From: a virus
Taxonomy: Duplodnaviria; Heunggongvirae; Uroviricota; Caudoviricetes
IMG/VR virus record: IMGVR_UViG_3300029841_000003
Strand: one strand, 5' to 3'
Length of the DNA: 64,000 bases
Each line of letters begins with the position of its first letter. Position 1 is the stretch's first letter. Position numbers and translations under genes: made by a program. Of the stretch, positions 58,377 to 64,000 are shown one piece after another. Below the pieces are notes generated by a model that worked only from the letters and a program-made list of their open reading frames with translations, was not told the origin of the DNA and did no database searches.

Positions 58377-58432
58377 CATGAACTTATCAATAAAAGAATC
58401 ACAATATTACATACACAAAGGAGATTATTAAT

Positions 58433-58951
58433 ATGGCAAAAAGAGTTGCAAAATTTGAAAAAGTATCTTATGAACAGTTTGAAACAGCATGGAAAGATTC
58501 ATTCAGTAAGCCGTCAATGATTACTGATAAAACAATTAAAGATGCATATTACCCTATTGAACTTCCTCAGAGAGCAACTAAAGGTAGTGCTGGCTATGAC
58601 TTCTATTCACCGTTGTCATTTGTGTTAGAGCCGGGAGAAACAATTAAGATTCCAACTGGTATTCGTTGCGGAATGAACAATGATTGGGTACTAATGTTGT
58701 TTCCAAGAAGTGGTTTAGGTTTTAAATATAGAATAAGACTTGAGAACACAGTTGGCATCATTGACAGTGATTATTTCTATTCAGATAACGAAGGGCATAT
58801 TATGGTTAAAATTACCAATGAAGGGGTTAAAACTATGAAAGTAGCTAAAGGTGATGGCTTCTGTCAGGGGATTTTCTTACCTTATGGAATTACAGAAGAT
58901 GATAAAACTGAGGGTACTCGTAATGGTGGATTTGGAAGTACAGATAAATAA
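58433..58951 (+). CDS. dut: dUTP diphosphatase (trimeric dUTPase)
   Basis: dUTPase motifs ATKGSAGYDF, PRSGLGFKYRI and GIIDSDY. Confidence 0.8.
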   Translation: MAKRVAKFEKVSYEQFETAWKDSFSKPSMITDKTIKDAYYPIELPQRATKGSAGYDFYSPLSFVLEPGETIKIPTGIRCGMNNDWVLMLFPRSGLGFKYRIRLENTVGIIDSDYFYSDNEGHIMVKITNEGVKTMKVAKGDGFCQGIFLPYGITEDDKTEGTRNGGFGSTDK

Positions 58952-59071
58952 AAAATAGAGGCGCTGAATAGAGTGCCTCTAAAAAAAATGTGTGTTGGTT
59001 GTGTACAAGTGAAGTGTATAAAACAACCATCTACACTATATCATACTATTTAACAAAAAGAAAGGATAAAG

Positions 59072-59299
59072 ATGAAAATTCGACTAAATGATTCGACAGA
59101 TGCTACAGAAATTGTCAGTATTGCCAATAGATTTAAAAATTGTGATATTGATGCACAGTTCGGAAGATATGTTATTGATTTAAAGTCTATTCTGGGAGTC
59201 TTATCTTTTGGATTACCAAAAGATATTGACATAAATATTATGGGTCCAGAAATAGATATAGAAATTTTTAATAAAGCTATTAAAAAGTGGAGGGTTTAA
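59072..59299 (+). CDS. small protein with HPr-like pattern (lacks the phosphorylatable His)
   Basis: The layout resembles HPr (..KSILGVLSFGL..DIDINIMGPE..) but no GLHARPA-type His is present. The assignment is weak. Confidence 0.25.
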   Translation: MKIRLNDSTDATEIVSIANRFKNCDIDAQFGRYVIDLKSILGVLSFGLPKDIDINIMGPEIDIEIFNKAIKKWRV

Positions 59300-59982
59300 C
59301 TATGAAATTTGAAAGAACACATGTATATAACTTTGAAGAAGCACTTTATGGAATGAGACTGCCGTTAATGTCTCATAGTAAGAGTGATAGTGTTTCTTGT
59401 GTGCTTGCCGAATGTGGTGAATGCCCATTTGATGATGGACCTTACGACCAGTGTGGAATGACGGATTATATTATTGGTCCAAACGATATGGATTTATGTC
59501 AGAGACTTATCAGTGCCGGACCAGAGCATAGAAAATTTTTAAGACAGATTTCTGTAGCTGTTACTATTACCGCACCGCTTTATTGGTGGAAAGAGTACGA
59601 TACATACAAAGTAGGAACAGTAGCTAATAGTTCCAGTACAATGCACAAACTTGCTAGTACACCTATTACTTTGGAATGTTTTGAAACAGACGATTTCGAT
59701 TCAGAGATTGAAGACCCAGCAGTTATTATTAATCAGTGTGAGCATTATAGACAGAAATATCTTGAGACTAAAGACAAACGCTATTGGAAAGCTTTAGTAC
59801 GTTGGTTGCCTAATGGATGGCTTCAGACAAGAACTCTCAGTTTGAATTATGAGAATCTTCGTTCTATGTATTTTCAGAGGAAGTCTCATAAATTAACTGA
59901 ATGGCATCAGTTCTGTGACTGGATTTTAACTCTTCCTTATGCTAAGGAGTTAATTACTTATACAAAGGAGACTAAAGAATGA
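59287..59982 (+). CDS. divergent ThyX-like (flavin-dependent thymidylate synthase fold) protein lacking canonical dUMP-binding Arg/Ser residues
   Basis: By-eye alignment to T. maritima ThyX gives GPEHRKFLRQISVAVTITAPLYWWKEY ~ [25 protein letters not shown] and QTRTLSLNYENLRSMYFQRKSHKLTEWHQF ~ [30 protein letters not shown]. The RHR...S...SxRY segment is replaced by YDTYKVGTVANSSSTMHK. An extra N-terminal Cys cluster is present. Confidence 0.4.
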   Translation: MEGLTMKFERTHVYNFEEALYGMRLPLMSHSKSDSVSCVLAECGECPFDDGPYDQCGMTDYIIGPNDMDLCQRLISAGPEHRKFLRQISVAVTITAPLYWWKEYDTYKVGTVANSSSTMHKLASTPITLECFETDDFDSEIEDPAVIINQCEHYRQKYLETKDKRYWKALVRWLPNGWLQTRTLSLNYENLRSMYFQRKSHKLTEWHQFCDWILTLPYAKELITYTKETKE

Positions 59983-60512
59983 TAGTACTTGTAGGAGAAT
60001 CAGCATCAGGTAAAAGTTCTATTGAAAGAGAGCTTATTGCTTTAGGTTTTAATAAAATAGTTACATATACTACTAGACCTATGAGAAAAGAAGATGTAGA
60101 TGGAGAAACATATCATTTTATTACAGAAGAGCAATTTAATGATATGATAGAAAAAGATCTTTTTGCTGAACATGCTTCTTACAATGGTTGGCAATATGGA
60201 ACAGCCAAAGAAGACTGTACAGATGATAAAGTAGTTGTCTTGACTCCTCATGGGCTCAGACAATTAAAGAAGAACAAAGATTTGCATATTATATCTTTCT
60301 ATATTGATGTTCCTCGAAGGGATAGATTAATTAAAATTCTGGAACGTGGTGACGACATAGAAGAAGCCTATAGGAGAAATCTATCTGATGTGGGTCAATT
60401 TGATGGTATTAAGGATGAAGTAGATTATGTAATTTCAAATAAAGGCTATTCATGGAGTCCTTTAAATATGGCTCATATAATCAAAAGGAGTATGGAATGG
60501 ATGAAATGTTAA
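59979..60512 (+). CDS. guanylate kinase-like (d)NMP kinase
   Basis: P-loop VLVGESASGKSS and guanylate-kinase signature TTRPMRKEDVDGETYHFI. Confidence 0.7.
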   Translation: MIVLVGESASGKSSIERELIALGFNKIVTYTTRPMRKEDVDGETYHFITEEQFNDMIEKDLFAEHASYNGWQYGTAKEDCTDDKVVVLTPHGLRQLKKNKDLHIISFYIDVPRRDRLIKILERGDDIEEAYRRNLSDVGQFDGIKDEVDYVISNKGYSWSPLNMAHIIKRSMEWMKC

Positions 60513-60679
60513 CTCCAACAGATATACAAAAACATCTTAAAATAGGACGCAACAAAACATATCAGCTTATTCAATTAAGTTCTTTTCCTAAAATAAAAAT
60601 AGGAAATACATACAGGATTCCTAAAGAAAAGTATCTTAAATGGATATCTGATAATATACGTAAAACAATATTTTTATAG
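60497..60679 (+). CDS. xis: excisionase / DNA-binding (Xis-family HTH) protein
   Basis: LTPTDIQKHLKIGRNKTYQLIQ...IKIGNTYRIPKEKYLKWI matches the excisionase-family HTH pattern. It is adjacent and convergent to the integrase. Confidence 0.55.
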   Translation: MDEMLTPTDIQKHLKIGRNKTYQLIQLSSFPKIKIGNTYRIPKEKYLKWISDNIRKTIFL

Positions 60680-60687
60680 TAAAAAAA

Positions 60688-60718
60688 TGGGAGCTATATC
60701 GAAATGATATAACTCCCT
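60688..60718. terminator. bidirectional hairpin terminator between xis and int
   Basis: GGGAGCTATATCgaaatGATATAACTCCC followed by TTATTTTT. Confidence 0.5.
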
Positions 60719-60723
60719 TATTT

Positions 60724-61917
60724 TTAATCAAGTAAATTTATGACTTCTGATTTATGTTTATTCATGATATGCATATATATGTTATAAGTTGTGGAAACAT
60801 CTTCATGTCCAAGTATCTCTGATATTACCTTGATATCTACAGGTTGGTTCTGTTCCCATCCTTTCTGCAGCAGCATGGACCCAAATGAATGTCTGAGATC
60901 ATGTAAGCCGAAACCGTCAGATTCAATATCAGCTCTCTTGAGGATTGCTTTAAGCGTCCTGGTAAGAGTTGACTGTGATGGTGGAATATTGTTCTTAGTT
61001 ACGAATATATGGTCATCTCCGGATGCTTCCAGTCCAGGAGACACAGTTTTAAGCCAGAGCAACTGTTCCTTTGCACGATTTGCCAGAGGAATGACTCTGA
61101 TTGACTTAGGACGCTTTGGTGTATCTATGAGCCACTGATATTTGCTATCTACTTTGATACGCTCCATTGTCTTATCTATGTTAATGGTATTATTCTTAAA
61201 ATCTATATCTTTCCATGTGAGAGCATAAGCTTCTCCTATACGCATACCAGTATAAAGAACTAACAGACAGAACCTAGCATTACGTCCATAGATGTAATCA
61301 CCTGTCTTTACGCCTGGCAAAGCAGAATCTGCTTTCATAAGAGCCGTCTTATAAAACTTCTCAGCTTCTTCTAAAGATAAGAAAGAGTGCTCTTTCTTCT
61401 GTACTGCATATTTTGACTTATGCGGCATCTTAATCCCTTTTGCAGGATTCTCTGTGATGATGTTACAGGATACAAGATAGTCGAAAACAATATTGAAAAG
61501 AGTGCGTGTCTTTTTAACAGTACTCTCAGAATATTTCTTCGACATATTTGTATAGTATGTTTGAATGACAATCTTGTCTATAGCAGCCATCTGGACATCA
61601 GCAATCGGATTAGTTTTAATATAGCAGCGATTTGTAGACTGAAGAGTAGCATAGTTATTTGTCTTGAAAGTCGGCTCCAACGTCTGCAGGATATTATCTA
61701 TACATTCCCCAAGAGTCATCTTACGATAATCTTTTTGGTTAACCCTCATACTCTTAGCTTCAAATTCTTGTATCTTGCGTTTTACATCAGCTTTTGTCCT
61801 TCCTACAAATTCTTTCCGGCTTGTCATACCATCATATTTCTTACGGTACCTATAGTATGTAATGTCATTCTTTGTTACAGTATCCCATGATCCTGAACCT
61901 TTTTCCCTTCTTGCCAT
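60724..61917 (-). CDS. int: tyrosine integrase (phage integrase family)
   Basis: R box (YTGMRIGEAYALTWKDI), HDLRHSFGSML (HxLRH) and GHEDVSTTYNIYMH (catalytic Tyr). The start was chosen at MARREKG, after RBS GGAGGG. The track start at 61986 is upstream. Confidence 0.85.
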   Translation of the reverse strand: MARREKGSGSWDTVTKNDITYYRYRKKYDGMTSRKEFVGRTKADVKRKIQEFEAKSMRVNQKDYRKMTLGECIDNILQTLEPTFKTNNYATLQSTNRCYIKTNPIADVQMAAIDKIVIQTYYTNMSKKYSESTVKKTRTLFNIVFDYLVSCNIITENPAKGIKMPHKSKYAVQKKEHSFLSLEEAEKFYKTALMKADSALPGVKTGDYIYGRNARFCLLVLYTGMRIGEAYALTWKDIDFKNNTINIDKTMERIKVDSKYQWLIDTPKRPKSIRVIPLANRAKEQLLWLKTVSPGLEASGDDHIFVTKNNIPPSQSTLTRTLKAILKRADIESDGFGLHDLRHSFGSMLLQKGWEQNQPVDIKVISEILGHEDVSTTYNIYMHIMNKHKSEVINLLD

Positions 61918-62039
61918 ATACATCCCTCCGTTGTGCAAATTTACACTAATTTTACTTACAAAATAAAAAACTTTACTTTTTCCCAAAATTATGATAATAT
62001 GAATTATGTGTTAAGTAAATTATAGCATACGGATAAGGA

Positions 62040-62100
62040 CGAAGCAATAATTATTTCCCCCCTATCAATGCGGGAAATGAAATATTCCCCCTTATTTCCC
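62040..62100. repeat. C-tract direct repeats ATTTCCCCC(C)TA x3 with an inverted partner GGGAAAT (candidate integrase arm sites or att-region repeats)
   Basis: ttatttcccccctatcaatgcgggaaatgaaatattcccccttatttcccccttatg lies between the int start and tRNA-Arg. Confidence 0.4.
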
Positions 62101-62259
62101 CCTTATGAATTAAATTTAATAGGGTGAAAAGGGTATAAACTAACACGACTAGGTATCAAGTTTTACAACTGAATATCTCTTGCAAAGTGGCTTTAAAGCC
62201 AGTAAAATCAATGCTTTTCAGTATTTACAAAGGTTTAAAAAGATTGATTTTCAAGATAC

Positions 62260-62331
62260 GCGCCTGTAGCTCAGTGGATAGAGCAGTGGTTTCCGGTACC
62301 ATGTGCGGGGGTTCGATTCCCTTCAGGCGTG
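62260..62331 (+). tRNA. tRNA-Arg (anticodon CCG), host-type GC-rich
   Basis: Acceptor GCGCCTG/CAGGCGT (G1.U72), D-arm GCTC-AGTGGATAG-AGC, anticodon stem GTGGT/ACCAT, loop TTCCGGT and T-loop TTCGATT. GC content switches to ~50% from here on. Confidence 0.65.
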
Positions 62332-62455
62332 CTGCCTGGGACGTATGTACAGTTCCGGTGCGTTGTATCACAGGAGTTATCAGAATCGGGAACTGTCAGA
62401 AATCGTATGGCGGCAGTGAACGGAGCAAACGGTAACTCATAAGGAGGACAAGAAC

Positions 62456-63361
62456 TTGGATGATTTTAGAGAATGGTTATCAGATAATCTCCGGTATTTT
62501 ATGCTGGGTGGAGCTATTCTGATAATTGTGGTTGTCCTGTTTTGCGGCATTCGAGCCTGTTCCGGAAGTAATAAGGGGAATTCCGGAGATGAACAGAAAA
62601 CCACATCCGAAGACCAGGGAAATGTTCCTTCTTCTCCGATAAGTGAAGGGGAGTCTGACGAGAAGAAAGAAGACGCCAATCCCATGGAAACAGCAGATGC
62701 AGACGTTACTGCATTGATCACGAGCTATTATCAGGCTCTGGGGGAAAAAGATATTGCAACGCTGAAGACTCTGGAAGATGATTTCACACCGTCTGATGAG
62801 TCAAAAGTCACAAATTTGAAAGATTATATCGAAGGGTATGAAGTAGGCGATGTGTACACGAAGAAAGGTATGACAGATGATTCTTACGTGGTTTACGCCT
62901 GTTTCTCGTATATCTGTCAGGGCGTTGAGACCAAGGCCCCTGCACTGACTCAGTTCTATGTATATAAGAACAGCGAAGGAAACTGGGTGATCAATAACGG
63001 AGCTTTACAGGATTCTGAGATTTCCGCATATATGGAAAAACAGTTATCAGACAGTGATGTTTCAGCTCTTATAAAGAAGGTGCAGAATGAACTGGATCAG
63101 GCACAGCAATCTGATCCGTCTCTTGAAGAATTCCTGAATGGTCTTGGGGAGGAAGCAGGTGTGTCAACAGAGGCAGAAGATGGCACGATGCTTACTGCTT
63201 CGGAGGAATGTAATGTACGCGCAGAAGCCAGCACAGATGCTGATATCCTTGGCGTGATCTCAGCAGGTGATCAGGTTCAGAAGACAGGTACTGATGGTGA
63301 ATGGGTTCAGATCGACTACGACGGTCAGACCGGATACATCAGAGGAGATTTACTTGAATAA
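62456..63361 (+). CDS. host membrane-anchored protein with C-terminal bacterial SH3 (SH3b) domain
   Basis: N-terminal TM helix, an acidic low-complexity linker and a C-terminal domain NVRAEASTDADILGVISAGDQVQKTG..GEWVQIDYDGQTGYIRGDLL (SH3_3-like). GC-rich codon usage unlike the phage genes. Confidence 0.55.
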   Translation: MDDFREWLSDNLRYFMLGGAILIIVVVLFCGIRACSGSNKGNSGDEQKTTSEDQGNVPSSPISEGESDEKKEDANPMETADADVTALITSYYQALGEKDIATLKTLEDDFTPSDESKVTNLKDYIEGYEVGDVYTKKGMTDDSYVVYACFSYICQGVETKAPALTQFYVYKNSEGNWVINNGALQDSEISAYMEKQLSDSDVSALIKKVQNELDQAQQSDPSLEEFLNGLGEEAGVSTEAEDGTMLTASEECNVRAEASTDADILGVISAGDQVQKTGTDGEWVQIDYDGQTGYIRGDLLE

Positions 63362-63376
63362 AATTGAATATGGAAC

Positions 63377-63430
63377 GTAAAAAATACAGGCGGTTATCCT
63401 TGTGGTAACTGCCTGTATTTTTTACGTTCC
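63377..63430. terminator. bidirectional rho-independent terminator between convergent host genes
   Basis: Long inverted repeat AACGTAAAAAATACAGGCGGTTA...TAACTGCCTGTATTTTTTACGTT. Confidence 0.6.
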
Positions 63431-63509
63431 GTTTTTCTGACATTGTTCTTGTCAGCTTCTGCTGGAGATTTTGCTGTTCTTATTACTTTTCGCAACTTCC
63501 GCAAGGGAC

Positions 63510-64000
63510 TTACTTGATTCGATTAAATTCACCGTATGTAACTCCTGTCGATAATTCTGTCTGATGCAGGGAAGCCAGTTCGTGCACTGTTACAAGCTGA
63601 TAGCCTTCTTCGATAAGCTGCGGGATCAGGATCTCGGCTGCATCTACAGAGGTGCTGAAAATGTCATGCATCAGAATAATGGAACCATCTTTTACGTTAT
63701 TCATGACTTCCTCAACCGTAGATTCCACATCCTGCGTTTTCCAGTCCAGGGTGTCAATGGACCACAGAATCATCGGGGTTCCCACAGTTGATTTTACAGT
63801 ATCATTAACAGATCCATATGGCGGGCGGACCACCGAAGCTCCCTCACCTGTAAGATTTACAAGCTGTTCATCCACTCTTGCAATTTCTGAACTGATCTCA
63901 TCCGAAGAAAGAGTCGCCAGATCCTTATGGTCATAAGTGTGGTTTCCAAGTTCACAGCCCAGTTTCTTCATGCGTTTTACTTCGTCCGGAAAACTGGCAA
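63510..64000 (-). CDS. polysaccharide deacetylase (NodB-homology domain), 3' part; gene continues beyond the window
   Basis: NodB motifs are present: the ORF-track Met codon at 63969-63971 followed by HTYDH (motif 1), RPPYGSVN (motif 2) and LMHD (motif 3). The reading frame is open to the window edge. Confidence 0.6.
   Translation of the reverse strand, partial: ASFPDEVKRMKKLGCELGNHTYDHKDLATLSSDEISSEIARVDEQLVNLTGEGASVVRPPYGSVNDTVKSTVGTPMILWSIDTLDWKTQDVESTVEEVMNNVKDGSIILMHDIFSTSVDAAEILIPQLIEEGYQLVTVHELASLHQTELSTGVTYGEFNRIK

Noticed and set aside
62260-62331. tRNA-Arg as a classical 3'-end attB for this prophage
   Set aside because: The prophage lies on the 5' side of the tRNA and the 3' end faces host DNA, so the standard geometry does not fit. 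This is kept only as an open question in the findings.
62187-62435. 82-aa + strand ORF spanning tRNA-Arg
   Set aside because: It reads straight through the tRNA gene. It is not a plausible protein.

Overview
The window is almost entirely one strand (+) of an AT-rich (~33% GC) prophage or large temperate phage from a Firmicutes-type host. It contains no capsid, tail or terminase genes, so this is the non-structural, early/middle half of the element. The right end carries a divergent excisionase-like gene (60497-60679) and a tyrosine integrase on the minus strand (60724-61917), followed by C-rich direct repeats. Next to these, where GC rises to host-like levels, lie a tRNA-Arg(CCG), an SH3b-domain membrane protein and a convergent polysaccharide deacetylase.

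The phage region encodes the following modules:
- A replication module: a DUF2815-like ssDNA-binding candidate, an AAA_24/Sak4-like ATPase, a DnaB-like helicase, a primase, a Cas4-like PD-(D/E)xK nuclease and a RecD-like helicase.
- A DnaE-type DNA polymerase III alpha gene split by an 867-nt group I intron that carries an HNH homing endonuclease. The splice sites can be deduced from the sequence and restore the FNKSH motif.
- Nucleotide metabolism: class II RNR (NrdJ), dUTPase, a divergent ThyX-like protein, a guanylate/dNMP kinase and a nucleoside 2-deoxyribosyltransferase-like protein.
- NAD+ metabolism: nicotinamidase (PncA), PRPP synthetase, nicotinamide phosphoribosyltransferase (NadV), NAD synthetase (NadE), a HAD hydrolase and the NAD-dependent ligase LigA. 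Two ADP-ribose-processing domains sit nearby, a macro domain and a NADAR/YbiA domain. Together these resemble a phage NAD+-reconstitution and ADP-ribosylation counter-defence set.
- RNA repair: a P-loop kinase-HD fusion (Pnkp-like), an Rnl2-like RNA ligase, an HD phosphohydrolase, two metallophosphoesterases (one interrupted by a LAGLIDADG intein inserted right after its GNHE motif) and a four-tRNA cluster (Gln, Met/Ile2 CAT, Phe, Leu).
- Most unusually, a contiguous membrane/stress-like cluster: a P-type cation ATPase, a vWA (TerY-like) protein, TerD, a PspA/IM30-like protein, NADAR and an SPFH/band-7 protein. I know of no described phage system with this combination; it is a candidate for a new phage-encoded envelope or Ca2+-linked system.

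Other notable features are a HicA/HicB-like pair, a tyrosine recombinase-ParB-like-degenerate recombinase trio, tandem consensus promoters with a shared palindromic operator-like element, a GC-rich structured intergenic region and several paralogous small gene pairs.
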